A stretch of DNA of 64,000 nt, from positions 632,881-696,880 of the forward strand of contig CBDCWI010000002.1 in assembly GCA_965223325.1 (NCBI GenBank). Direction: 5' to 3'. Of this stretch, positions 47,251 through 56,972 are shown in pieces. The position numbers and the translations under genes are program-made. This stretch comes from Candidatus Multivoradales bacterium. GTDB lineage: Bacteria > Acidobacteriota > Thermoanaerobaculia > Multivoradales > Multivoraceae. A model generated the notes under the pieces. That model was given only the letters and a program-made list of their open reading frames with translations. It was not told where the DNA came from and searched no databases. Within the stretch, counting starts at the first letter, position 1. The number at the start of each line of letters is the position of its first letter.

Positions 47251-49113
47251 ATGACCAGACTCGCCGTGGTCGCGGGATTCGGCGGCATCAATGCCGCCGG
47301 CCGCTCCTCAGGACATCACGGATACAGGCGCACCGTCATCGATCGCCAGAGTCCCGACCGGGCCGATGCCACCTGGCGCAGCCTGGCGGGCTTGATGGGA
47401 ATCGACTCCCCGATCGATGGGCCAACGCGCGAGTACCTCGCCGCCCACACCCTGATTCGGGGGCTCGAAGAACAGCACTTCGACCCTGGTGACGCCCCGT
47501 GGAACCGGCGCATGGAGGTCACCCTCGGGCCCGAGCAGTGGTTCGAAGTCAAGGCACGCGAGCTGCCCACGCCACTTCCTCCGGGTTGGCAGGTCGAGGC
47601 CCAAAACGGTTGCAACCTCGCCGACCCCGGCCGCTACGACCGGGTGCGGGTGCGCCTGAGCGCGCCCACCGAAGTCCTGGTCGAGAGCCGCCGTGCCCTC
47701 GGCGTCAGCGCTGCCGGTCAGCTGCCGACCGGCTTCGATCCCAAGGCGCTCTACGCCGCCCGCAGCCACCCGCGCGCCCTTCAGCTGGCGCTCTATGCCG
47801 CCAACGACGCCGTCGGCAGCCTCGGCATTCCGTGGGAGACCATCACCGAGCGAGTTCCGCCGGACCAGTTCAGCCTCTACGCCGGCAGCGCCCTCGGCCA
47901 GATGGACGATGAAGGCAACGCCGGCCTGCTCGGTTCGCGCTACCGCGGCGGCCGACCGACCTCGAAGCACATCGCGATGGGCCTGGCCGAAATGCCGGCC
48001 GATTTCGTCAATGCCTACGTTCTCGGCAGCCTCGGCAAGACCGGGCACAACATGGGCGCCTGCGCGACCTACTTTTACAACCTCAGACAGGGCCTGCTCG
48101 ACATTCAGAGTGGCACCTCACGCGTCGCCATCGTCGGTGGTGCCGAGGCACCGCTCAATCCTGACGTCGTCGAAGGTCTGGCCACGATGGGCGCACTCGG
48201 GCAAGACAAAGCCATCGCGGAGCTCGATCGTGCGCTCGGCCGCGAGGGACCTGACCTGCGCCGCGCCTGCCGCCCGTTCGCCGAGAACTGCGGCTTTACG
48301 ATTGCCGAAGGTGCCCAGTACATCGTGCTCATGGACGCGCAGCTGGCCGTCGAGCTGGGAGCCGCAATCTACGGCGCAGTCTCAGACGTTCAGGTACACG
48401 CCGATGGTCACAAGCGCTCGATCTCCTCACCCGGAGTCGGCAACTACGCGACAGTCGCCAAGGCGGTTGCCCGAGCCCGCCGGGACTTCGGAGATCAAGC
48501 GATCAAGAAGAGCTTCGTGCACGCACACGGCACCGGAACTCCACAGAACCGCACCACCGAATCACACATTCTCTCGACCGTCGCCAAGGCTTTCGGAATC
48601 GAAGCCTGGCCAGTCGCAGCGGTCAAGTGTTTCGTTGGCCACACCATGGCAACCGCGGGTGGTGACCAACTGGTCTCGGCGCTCGGCACCTGGACCGACG
48701 GGATTCTGCCCGGGGTCGCGACCATCGACCAGGTGGCAGACGACGTCTATCAAGACCACCTGCGCATCTCCCCCGAGCCGTTGGAAGGTGACCCTCGAGA
48801 GATGCCCATCGCCTTTCTGAACGCCAAGGGCTTCGGCGGCAACAACGCCACCGCCACCCTTCTCTCTCCCTACGAAGCACGAGCCCAGCTGCGGGGGGCC
48901 CTCGGAAGCGTGGCGATGTCAACGTGGGAAGATCGCCACCAGGAAGTCGCCCACCGCATCAGCGACTGGGACCTTGCCCAGACCGAAGGGCGAGCCGAAT
49001 TCATCTACCGCTACAACCACGAGGTCCGTGACGGCAGTCACGTGCAGCTCGATGAGAACACTCTCCGAATCGAAGGCCTGCCAGCGATCGCACTGCTGGA
49101 CCAGCAAGCCTGA
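47251..49113 (+). CDS. Beta-ketoacyl synthase-family condensing enzyme with an unusual N-terminal extension
   Basis: Cys-His-His triad context: GACATYF, HAHGTGT and GHTMATAGG. The N-terminal ~250 aa is not typical of FabF/FabB. ATG at 47251 follows an AGGTGA. Confidence 0.7.
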   Translation: MTRLAVVAGFGGINAAGRSSGHHGYRRTVIDRQSPDRADATWRSLAGLMGIDSPIDGPTREYLAAHTLIRGLEEQHFDPGDAPWNRRMEVTLGPEQWFEVKARELPTPLPPGWQVEAQNGCNLADPGRYDRVRVRLSAPTEVLVESRRALGVSAAGQLPTGFDPKALYAARSHPRALQLALYAANDAVGSLGIPWETITERVPPDQFSLYAGSALGQMDDEGNAGLLGSRYRGGRPTSKHIAMGLAEMPADFVNAYVLGSLGKTGHNMGACATYFYNLRQGLLDIQSGTSRVAIVGGAEAPLNPDVVEGLATMGALGQDKAIAELDRALGREGPDLRRACRPFAENCGFTIAEGAQYIVLMDAQLAVELGAAIYGAVSDVQVHADGHKRSISSPGVGNYATVAKAVARARRDFGDQAIKKSFVHAHGTGTPQNRTTESHILSTVAKAFGIEAWPVAAVKCFVGHTMATAGGDQLVSALGTWTDGILPGVATIDQVADDVYQDHLRISPEPLEGDPREMPIAFLNAKGFGGNNATATLLSPYEARAQLRGALGSVAMSTWEDRHQEVAHRISDWDLAQTEGRAEFIYRYNHEVRDGSHVQLDENTLRIEGLPAIALLDQQA

Positions 49114-49149
49114 GGAGCGAAGAGCGAGCAAATAGAGCAAGAGGAAACC

Positions 49150-50637
49150 ATGCAAACGATCGACCATCTGATTCATGGCCAGGCGAGGCCGGGATCCGGT
49201 GACCGTACGAGCCCGATCTGGAACCCTGCCACCGGCGAGCGCCTGCATGACCTCTCCCTGGCGAGCCTGCATGAGGTCGATGCGGCGGTCGACGCGGCGT
49301 CACAGGCCTTCCGCTCCTGGAAGACGTCGAGTCTGGCCCAGCGCACCAAGCTCATGTTCGCGTTTCGCAACCTGGTCGAAGCCAATGCGAGCGAGATCGC
49401 CAGTTGCCTCTCCCGCGAACATGGCAAGGTCAAGAGTGACGCTCTGGGCGAGGTCGCGCGCGCGGTCGAGAACATCGAGTTCGCCTGTGGCATTGCCGAG
49501 CTGCTCAAGGGCAGCTACAACGAGTCCGCTTCGAGCGGAGTCGACGTCTACACGGTGCGCCAGCCGCTAGGGGTCGTCGCAGGGATAACCCCGTTCAACT
49601 TCCCGGCGATGGTGCCGATGTGGATGATCCCCAACGCTGTCGCCTGCGGCAACACCTTCGTTCTCAAACCTTCGGAAAAGGACCCCTCGGCACCGCTCAT
49701 GCTGGCCGAGCTCTTTCACGAGGCCGGCTTTCCACCCGGGGTGCTCAACGTCGTCCATGGCGACAAGCTGGCCGTTGACCGACTGATCGAGCATCCCGAG
49801 GTTCGGGCGCTCAGCTTTGTGGGCTCAACGCCGATTGCGCGCTACGTACACCAAGAGGCCAGCCAGGCCGGGAAACGCGTACAGGCCCTGGGCGGAGCGA
49901 AGAACCACATGGTGGTGCTTCCGGATGCCGACATCGATCTCGCCGCCGACGCCGCGGTCTCGGCAGCCTTCGGCTCCGCCGGTGAGCGGTGCATGGCGAT
50001 CTCGGTGGTGGTGGCCGTGGGTTCCGCGGCCGATCCGCTGGTGGCCGCGATCCAGGAGCGCATGGCAAAACTGCGGATCGGCCCGGGCGACGACCCCCAG
50101 TCTGAGATGGGGCCGCTGATCACCCGCGAGCATCGAGATCGGGTCGCCGGCTACATCAACGAAGGGCAAGAAGCCGGCGCGCGGGTGGTCGTCGACGGGC
50201 GCGAGGCGCAGTTCCCAAACGGCGGCTTCTTCCTCGGCGCCACGCTCCTCGACCAGGTGACGACCGACATGTCGGTCTATCGCGACGAGATCTTTGGTCC
50301 CGTCCTCGCCGTGATGCGTGTCGAGAGCTATCCCGAGGCTCTCGCCATTCTCAACCAGAATCCCTTCGGCAACGGCACCGCGATCTTCACCCGTGACGGC
50401 GGCGCGGCGCGGCGCTTCCAAGAAGACGCCGAGGTCGGCATGGTGGGCATCAACGTACCGATTCCGGTCCCGGTCGGGTATCACTCCTTCGGTGGTTGGA
50501 AAGACTCGCTGTTTGGCGACGCCCACATGTATGGACCCGAGGGAATCCGCTTCTTCACCCGCGCCAAGGCGATCACCAGCCGCTGGCCCGACCCGGCCGA
50601 AAGCACGGTGGACCTGGGTTTCCCGCGCCTGTCGTAG
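49150..50637 (+). CDS. mmsA: Methylmalonate-semialdehyde dehydrogenase (CoA-acylating)
   Basis: Aldehyde dehydrogenase catalytic Cys context (GERCMA), GSTPIA, and overall MmsA-like sequence. Confidence 0.85.
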   Translation: MQTIDHLIHGQARPGSGDRTSPIWNPATGERLHDLSLASLHEVDAAVDAASQAFRSWKTSSLAQRTKLMFAFRNLVEANASEIASCLSREHGKVKSDALGEVARAVENIEFACGIAELLKGSYNESASSGVDVYTVRQPLGVVAGITPFNFPAMVPMWMIPNAVACGNTFVLKPSEKDPSAPLMLAELFHEAGFPPGVLNVVHGDKLAVDRLIEHPEVRALSFVGSTPIARYVHQEASQAGKRVQALGGAKNHMVVLPDADIDLAADAAVSAAFGSAGERCMAISVVVAVGSAADPLVAAIQERMAKLRIGPGDDPQSEMGPLITREHRDRVAGYINEGQEAGARVVVDGREAQFPNGGFFLGATLLDQVTTDMSVYRDEIFGPVLAVMRVESYPEALAILNQNPFGNGTAIFTRDGGAARRFQEDAEVGMVGINVPIPVPVGYHSFGGWKDSLFGDAHMYGPEGIRFFTRAKAITSRWPDPAESTVDLGFPRLS

Positions 50638-50656
50638 GCCGATGGACGGTCCACGA

Positions 50657-51334
50657 CTAGACCGGTCCAGCCTGCGAGGTGAACTCTTCTCCGTCGTCAT
50701 CTTCGGTGTGACTGGCGTCATCGAGCAGCGAGACCGTAAAGGGCGGCTGACCCTCGAACGCAGTGATCGAACTGTTGGTCCAGTGCGGTGGCAGGTCGCC
50801 TTCGGCAGAAAGGTGGTCTTCGACCATCGCTCGACAGACCAAACCATGCGCCACCAGAATGTGACAACGGGGAGGCGACAACCCACTCCAGCTCGGCGCC
50901 AGGCGCTCGAAGGTTGCGCCCACCCGCTGCCTGAAGACCGGCCAGCTCTCACCCGCCGGAGGCTCGTAGAGAGGCGCCATGATGTCGACACCGATGTCGC
51001 TGTAGGCGCGCCCCCGAAGGTCACCGAAGTCGCGCTCCCGTAGACCCTCGTCGATCTCGACCCGCGCCCCACAACGCCGGCCGATGACCAGGGCGGTCTC
51101 GTGGGCTCGCGCCAGGTCACTGGTCAGAAGGCGCTCGATCTGCCAACCCTCGCGGCGGATGCGCTCGGCCAGGAGCTCGGCCTGGCGGCGGCCACGGGCG
51201 TTGAGTGGTGTCTCGGGCGTTTGCACGATGCGATTGGCGTTGGAGGCCGTCTCGCCGTGTCGTACCAGGAGGACGGTCACCGGCGGGTTCTCCCACCCGA
51301 CCGTGGGTTCTCGATGGAGCTCATGCGCTCGAAC
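50657..51334 (-). CDS. Histidine phosphatase (phosphoglycerate mutase-like) family protein; start uncertain
   Basis: LLVRHGETASNANRIVQ (RHG motif) and the second histidine in ILVAHG (LVAHG motif). The long N-terminal part of the raw ORF overlaps the ndh start and is probably not translated. Confidence 0.6.
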   Translation of the reverse strand, partial: VRAHELHREPTVGWENPPVTVLLVRHGETASNANRIVQTPETPLNARGRRQAELLAERIRREGWQIERLLTSDLARAHETALVIGRRCGARVEIDEGLRERDFGDLRGRAYSDIGVDIMAPLYEPPAGESWPVFRQRVGATFERLAPSWSGLSPPRCHILVAHGLVCRAMVEDHLSAEGDLPPHWTNSSITAFEGQPPFTVSLLDDASHTEDDDGEEFTSQAGPV

Positions 51335-51403
51335 CGTATCCGAAACGGATATCCGATCTTCTCGGGTACGATCGACGCCAGACAAAGCGGGAGCAAGAGG
51401 AGC

Positions 51404-52819
51404 ATGTCCGAGGCAGTCCTTTCGCCTTCGGCCGAGATCGGTGCGGCCCAGGAGACCAGCGTCACCGTACCCTTCATCGGTGCCGTCGACCGCCCGCGAG
51501 TCGTGATCGTCGGGGCCGGGTTTGGCGGGCTCGAGTGCGCCCAACGGCTGCGTTCCGCACCGGCCGAAGTCGTGGTCATCGACCGCACCAACCATCACCT
51601 CTTCCAACCTCTGCTCTACCAGGTGGCAACTGCGGCCCTGTCACCAGCCGACATCGCGCGACCGATTCGCGCCATCCTCAGACGTCAGCGCAACGCGGCC
51701 GTGGTGCTTGCCGACGTCAAGCACATCGACACAGAACGGCGTGTCCTCGAACTCGACGGTGCCGACCCGATGCCCTACGACACCCTGGTCCTGGCAATCG
51801 GTGCGCGCCACTCGTACTTTGAAAACGACGACTGGGAGCGCCACGCGCCAGGGCTCAAGACCCTGGGTGATGCGCTCGCGATACGCCGCCGCATTCTGTT
51901 GTCCTTCGAACGCGCCGAGCGCGCCGCCCTCGATTCCCCAACGACGGTTCGCACCGGCAATCCGGACCTGACCTTCGTGGTGGTTGGTGCCGGACCCACC
52001 GGAGTCGAGCTTGCCGGTGCCATCGCCGAGATCGCTCACCAGACGTTACGGCGCAACTTTCGGGCGATCGATCCAACCCGCACCCGGGTCCTCCTGGTCG
52101 AGGCGGCCCAGGAGGTTCTACCGCCGTTTCCGAGCGACCTCGGCGAGAGCGCGCGGCGACAGCTCGAAGAGCTCCGGGTCGAGGTCCGCCTGGGAACGCG
52201 CGTCATCGGGGTCGATGCCGAAGGGGTCGATCTCTCTTCTGGTCAGGACTCTGAACGCGAAACCGAGCGCATCGCGTGCCGTAATGTCTTCTGGGCGGCC
52301 GGCAACGCAGTGTCTGGATTGTTGAAGGACCTCCATGCGTCCTACGACCGTCAGGGACGGGTCAAGGTTCTGCCGGATCTTTCGGTTCCGGGCCACCCCG
52401 AGATCTTCGTCATCGGCGATGCCGCCCACTGTAAGGACACCAATGGAACAGCGCTCCCCGGCGTGGCCCAGGTGGCGAAGCAGCAAGGTCGCTTCGTCGC
52501 CGAGTTGCTCGCGCGTGAGGGCTTTGCGCGCGACACCACATCGAAACGCAGCTTCAGCTATCGCGACCCCGGCACCATGGCGACGATCGGCCGGGCGCGC
52601 GCCGTGGCCTGGCTCGGCCGCTTCCGCTTCGGCGGCCTGGTTGCCTGGTTGCTGTGGAGTTTCCTCCACGTGTTCTTCCTGATCGGTTTTCGCAACCGCG
52701 TTTCGGTGATGCTCGAGTGGATCTTCTGGTACTGGAGCGGGCGGCGCGGTGCGCGACTGCTCTATCGCTCAGCCGAAGAAGAGACCTTCATCCCTCGCGC
52801 GCGCTCCCCCAAGCGCTAG
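51404..52819 (+). CDS. ndh: Type II NADH:quinone oxidoreductase (NDH-2)
   Basis: ATG at 51404 after a GAGGAG. The product has two Rossmann motifs (VVIVGAGFGG; TFVVVGAGPTGVELAG) and FVIGDAAH, with C-terminal membrane-anchor helices. Confidence 0.85.
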   Translation: MSEAVLSPSAEIGAAQETSVTVPFIGAVDRPRVVIVGAGFGGLECAQRLRSAPAEVVVIDRTNHHLFQPLLYQVATAALSPADIARPIRAILRRQRNAAVVLADVKHIDTERRVLELDGADPMPYDTLVLAIGARHSYFENDDWERHAPGLKTLGDALAIRRRILLSFERAERAALDSPTTVRTGNPDLTFVVVGAGPTGVELAGAIAEIAHQTLRRNFRAIDPTRTRVLLVEAAQEVLPPFPSDLGESARRQLEELRVEVRLGTRVIGVDAEGVDLSSGQDSERETERIACRNVFWAAGNAVSGLLKDLHASYDRQGRVKVLPDLSVPGHPEIFVIGDAAHCKDTNGTALPGVAQVAKQQGRFVAELLAREGFARDTTSKRSFSYRDPGTMATIGRARAVAWLGRFRFGGLVAWLLWSFLHVFFLIGFRNRVSVMLEWIFWYWSGRRGARLLYRSAEEETFIPRARSPKR

Positions 52820-54708
52820 GGACCGGGTCGACCCGGTCGTGGCGGCCCAGCGGCGCGAACGCCGCGACCTGGCCGTCGGCCGTTGGCCACCGCGTTCGAC
52901 CACAGTGAGGTTCCACCGCTCTCGAAACCGTCGCGAAAGAGCAGGTTGCGCAAGAGGCGGGTGCCTGAGATCACCAGCAAGTTGCCGACGTCGTGGAGAC
53001 TGCCGTTGTCTCCTAGCATCTCGTTGATGATCAGATCGGAACGACCGTCGCCATCGACGTCGCCCGCTGCCGCGCTGTAGGCGAGGGTGTCACCGGAGTT
53101 GCCGCCGGCGTTGTTGCCGCGCGCGCCGCGAATCTCGGCGACGAAGAGGTCGTCCGGGTCCGGAAGGTCGAAGAGCTCGACCACCGCGGGCCAGGCACCT
53201 TCCTGGCCGTAGGCAATGTGTACGACGCCGGCGTGGGTACGGCTCTGGGGGTTGCCGTGCGGTGAACTGAACATCAAGTCGCCCTGGCCGTCGCCGTCGA
53301 AATCGCCGTGCGCGGCGGTATCGGCTCCGATCGCTCCGGCGTTCGGGCCCTCGATCACCGTGAACTCCAACGAAGCGGGCGGCATGTCGAGATCGAAATC
53401 GAGCCCCTTGAGTTCGGCGGCGTCAAAGAACACATGCCCGATCCCTGCGTTTAGACCAGCCGGTCCAGCACCCGTCAGATCGCCAACGAACAAGTCCGCC
53501 TGTTGGTCGCCGTCGTAGTCGAGCCCACCCAGGATCTCCTCACCGAAGCTCACATTGCGGGTGCTCCCATCGATGACGGTCGACGAAAGAGCGTTTGCGC
53601 CGGCGACCAGCGAGAAACCGTCGACCCAGGGAGGCGCAGGGAAAGCGTCGTCCCAAACGATATAGAGCGCGCCGTCGGGCGAGCGACCCCCGGGACCGGC
53701 GTCGCCAAACCCCGAGGGTGGCGCCAGGAGACCACCGACCCGGTTGAGCGCCGCGCCTACGAGCACCTCGGCCTTGCCATTGCCGTCCAGGTCCGCCGCC
53801 TGGACGGTGGCGCCGAAGTGGTAGTCGCAGGCGGGGGAAGGAGGCCTGATCTCAGCCACCCGCCCCGCGAGACCGAAGCCCGGCGACCCGAAGTCGAGAA
53901 GGTCGTAGCGAGTACCACTGGCGAGTTCTGTACCGCCGAGGATGACCCAGGCCGTCCCCTGGTCGGCGGTCGCACTGCAGCCAACCCCGGTGTAGTGCAC
54001 GACGCGGTCCGCACCGACGACCAGGTCGTTGGTGCCATCACCATCGACGTCACCGGCGCGCGCCCACATGCAGAAGCGGTCGAACTCTGCGCCGCCCGTG
54101 ATCTCGGTAACGGTCAGGCTGGCCGGCGGCGAAGCGAGGTCGAGCACCGTCTCGGTCAAGGCGAAGTCACGGACGGCGGTGCCGCCGACGAGAATGGTCA
54201 GCTTGCCGGCCCCGGAACGCCCCGTGGCTGGCTCGTAGTTCTGGCTACAAATCAGCAGATCGCCAGTGCCGTCGCCGGTCACATCGTCAATCCAGATTTC
54301 GCTTCCCGCATGCTCACTCGAGTGCGCGCCAGCGATGCGCAACGTCCGCCCTGACAACACGGTGGTGTCGACCGTCCCCTCGATGGTCCCGGTCCCGTGG
54401 ATCAGGTAGACCAGACCATTCTCGGAGCGACCAAGTGAGCTGTTGGTCATCGCCGATATCGCCCAGTCCGCCAGACCGTCGCCGTCTATGTCATGGCCAC
54501 CGGCAACCGGTACGCCGTAGGTGCCGCCGTCTGGGTTCGAGCCCAGTGTGCGATGGATGCCTTCGTAGCTGTCGAGCAAGAGATCGATGACCAGACCGGC
54601 CTGGGCGGCAACGGGAACCGTACCGGTGGGAGCCATCAACGCGAGTAGAACGGGCGCGAGCCACCCGACAGTACATCTCAAGACATCTTCACCTCGGTGG
54701 TACACCAT
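52816..54708 (-). CDS. Secreted FG-GAP (integrin-alpha-like) repeat protein
   Basis: Repeated DxDGDGxxD calcium-binding loops (DIDGDGLADW, DVDGDGTNDL, DLDGNGKAEV, DFDGDGQGDL, DVDGDGRSDL). The product has a signal peptide and ends with an ...LFRDGFESGGTSLWS motif plus a Pro/Gly/Arg tail. Confidence 0.75.
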   Translation of the reverse strand: MVYHRGEDVLRCTVGWLAPVLLALMAPTGTVPVAAQAGLVIDLLLDSYEGIHRTLGSNPDGGTYGVPVAGGHDIDGDGLADWAISAMTNSSLGRSENGLVYLIHGTGTIEGTVDTTVLSGRTLRIAGAHSSEHAGSEIWIDDVTGDGTGDLLICSQNYEPATGRSGAGKLTILVGGTAVRDFALTETVLDLASPPASLTVTEITGGAEFDRFCMWARAGDVDGDGTNDLVVGADRVVHYTGVGCSATADQGTAWVILGGTELASGTRYDLLDFGSPGFGLAGRVAEIRPPSPACDYHFGATVQAADLDGNGKAEVLVGAALNRVGGLLAPPSGFGDAGPGGRSPDGALYIVWDDAFPAPPWVDGFSLVAGANALSSTVIDGSTRNVSFGEEILGGLDYDGDQQADLFVGDLTGAGPAGLNAGIGHVFFDAAELKGLDFDLDMPPASLEFTVIEGPNAGAIGADTAAHGDFDGDGQGDLMFSSPHGNPQSRTHAGVVHIAYGQEGAWPAVVELFDLPDPDDLFVAEIRGARGNNAGGNSGDTLAYSAAAGDVDGDGRSDLIINEMLGDNGSLHDVGNLLVISGTRLLRNLLFRDGFESGGTSLWSNAVANGRRPGRGVRAAGPPRPGRPGP

Positions 54709-54789
54709 CGACCCTGAGCACTACAAAAAGGGCTTTGAGAGCACCTCGTCGCCGACCAGAGTGCCCACCAAAAGTATAGTTCAGCCTCG

Positions 54790-55956
54790 ATGACATCTTC
54801 GCCGCATGAGCCGTCTGGCCCCGACTCCGATGCTCTTAGCCCTGGCTGGCAACGAGGGTTGCGCTGGCTGTTGATCGCGATGGTCTACCTGGCGGCGGCC
54901 GGAAGCACCCTCGACACCTTCATGGATCGCTGGGGGCTGGATAGCGCTTCACCGAATGCCACGTTCGTGCGCATGCTCGAGCGCAGTGCCGATCGGCCGT
55001 ATGTACACCGGCTGCTGGTCCCCGTCACCGCGAAGGCCATCGCCCTCAATATGCCTTCACCGATTCGCCGTCAGTTGGAGGCACCCCGCGGCGAGCGCGG
55101 TCTGTCATTGGCAGACCGGGTGGTCGAACGTTACGGCCACGGCCACGAGGACCCTCTCCTCTACGCTTCGACCTACGCTCTGGTGGGTATCGCCTGTCTT
55201 TTTCTGCCCTGGATCTGGCGCCAGGTGCTCCACGAACCTGCCAGCGGGTTGCCGACGGGTAGCCGGTGGTTGAAAGACGCGGCACCCGTTGGCCTGGTGC
55301 TCCTCCTGCCGCTCTGCTTCGGTCGCGGAGGCTACCTGTATGACCTGCCGGCGCTCGCTCTCTTGTCACTCGCCTTTCTCTTCTTCCAGAAGGAGCGCCC
55401 GCTTTTGTTCGCGCTCTGCCTCGGCCTGGCGGTCCTCAACAAGGAGGCTGCCCTCCTCGCCCTCGCCTGGCCAGCGGCGCGCATCGCAGCAAAAGAACGA
55501 CAGGAGGAACGGCAAGCGGCGCTCCGCTTCGCTTTTCCAGCCGTCGCTTCAGCCACCGCGCTGGCTACCGCGACGCTGTCCTTCTACCGTCATCACCCGG
55601 GCGGCATCGTCGAGCATCACCTCGCCGGCAACCTCGCGAGCTGGTTCGACGCCGGCACCTGGCTGCATGCGCGCGACGTCTTCGCTGCCGGCCTACCCAC
55701 ACCTCAGGGGTTCAACCTGCTCAACGTCGCCATGGTCGCTGGGCTCCTTGCTGCCGGCTGGAAGACCACGCGCCGCGAGACCCGCCTGGCTTTCACCTTC
55801 GCCGCTCTCTTGACGCTGCCGCTCTTTCTCGCCTTCGGCTATCGCGACGAGGTGCGGGTGTTCGACACCGCCTTGCCGCCCTTCCTGGTACTCGCCAGCC
55901 AGGCGCTACAGAACCTGTGGGGGACGGCTCGGGGTCGCACTCAGGAGGAGACCTGA
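54790..55956 (+). CDS. Hypothetical polytopic membrane protein
   Basis: A 388-aa protein with more than 8 predicted TM segments. No diagnostic motif. Confidence 0.5.
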   Translation: MTSSPHEPSGPDSDALSPGWQRGLRWLLIAMVYLAAAGSTLDTFMDRWGLDSASPNATFVRMLERSADRPYVHRLLVPVTAKAIALNMPSPIRRQLEAPRGERGLSLADRVVERYGHGHEDPLLYASTYALVGIACLFLPWIWRQVLHEPASGLPTGSRWLKDAAPVGLVLLLPLCFGRGGYLYDLPALALLSLAFLFFQKERPLLFALCLGLAVLNKEAALLALAWPAARIAAKERQEERQAALRFAFPAVASATALATATLSFYRHHPGGIVEHHLAGNLASWFDAGTWLHARDVFAAGLPTPQGFNLLNVAMVAGLLAAGWKTTRRETRLAFTFAALLTLPLFLAFGYRDEVRVFDTALPPFLVLASQALQNLWGTARGRTQEET

Positions 55957-56972
55957 GAGCCTCTGCGAGCCACCGCACGGTCAACCATCCGCCCGCAGAG
56001 TTCCGCGAATTCGATCCCCGCCACCGCCGCCGACTGCGGCAGCAGGCTGGTGACCGTCATACCTGGCAGAGTGTTGACTTCGAGGCAGAAGATCGACCCG
56101 TCACCGTCGAGGCGAAAGTCGACGCGGCTGAAGTCGCGCAGACCGAGGGTTCGATGGGCGAGGAGCGAGAGACGCTTCAGTTCCTGCGTCTGCTGGTCGG
56201 GAATCGCCGCTGGAAAGATCTCCTCGGCACGACCGGGAGTGTATTTGTCGTGGAAGTCGAAGATCTCACCCTGGGGGATGATCTCGCCCACTCCCAGTGC
56301 CTCATCCCCTAAGACCCCGACGGTCAGCTCACGTCCCGGAACGTAGCGCTCGAGAAGGACCTGACTGTCCCAGAGCATGGCGCGACCAAGGGCCTGGTCG
56401 AACTCGGCCTCGCTGTGCACCAGGGAGAGGCCCACCGTCGAACCGACCCGGCTCGGTTTGACCACCACCGGTAGACCGAGCGCCCGCACCTCCGACGCGG
56501 TCGGTACAGAACGCGTGGTCTGCAGTAACCAGGGCGCGGTCGGAACACCTGCCGCCCTGAGCAGACGTTTGCTCAGGTCTTTGTCCATCGCCACCGCGCT
56601 ACCGAGATGATCGCTGCCGGTATAGAGCAATCCTTCAAGCTCGAGGAGTGCCTGGACAGCTCCACCCTCGCCCTGACGGCCATGCAGCACCAGGAAGATG
56701 ACCTCCGCCAGACGCAGCTCGGGAAGACGAACGGTGGCGAGCAGGTCTTCCTGCTTCTCGAGGCGTCTGACCTCCGCTCTGCCTGGCGGCGCACTCCCCA
56801 CCGCTGCACCGAGCACTTCGCCTTCGCGCTCGCCAGCGAGCGAGCCCAGACAGGTGTCGACGACAGAAACCTCGTGTCCCAGGGACCGCAGGGCGGGCGC
56901 GACCTGGCCTGCTCCGGCCAGCGCGACGCTTCGTTCAGGGGTTGAGCCACCAGTGAGCACAGCGATTCGCAT
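55941..56972 (-). CDS. ddl: D-alanine--D-alanine ligase
   Basis: ATP-grasp motifs and Ddl conservation (MRIAVLTGGSTPERSVAL, PVVVKPSRVGSTVGLSLV, LEVNTLPGMT). Confidence 0.85.
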   Translation of the reverse strand: MRIAVLTGGSTPERSVALAGAGQVAPALRSLGHEVSVVDTCLGSLAGEREGEVLGAAVGSAPPGRAEVRRLEKQEDLLATVRLPELRLAEVIFLVLHGRQGEGGAVQALLELEGLLYTGSDHLGSAVAMDKDLSKRLLRAAGVPTAPWLLQTTRSVPTASEVRALGLPVVVKPSRVGSTVGLSLVHSEAEFDQALGRAMLWDSQVLLERYVPGRELTVGVLGDEALGVGEIIPQGEIFDFHDKYTPGRAEEIFPAAIPDQQTQELKRLSLLAHRTLGLRDFSRVDFRLDGDGSIFCLEVNTLPGMTVTSLLPQSAAVAGIEFAELCGRMVDRAVARRGSQVSS

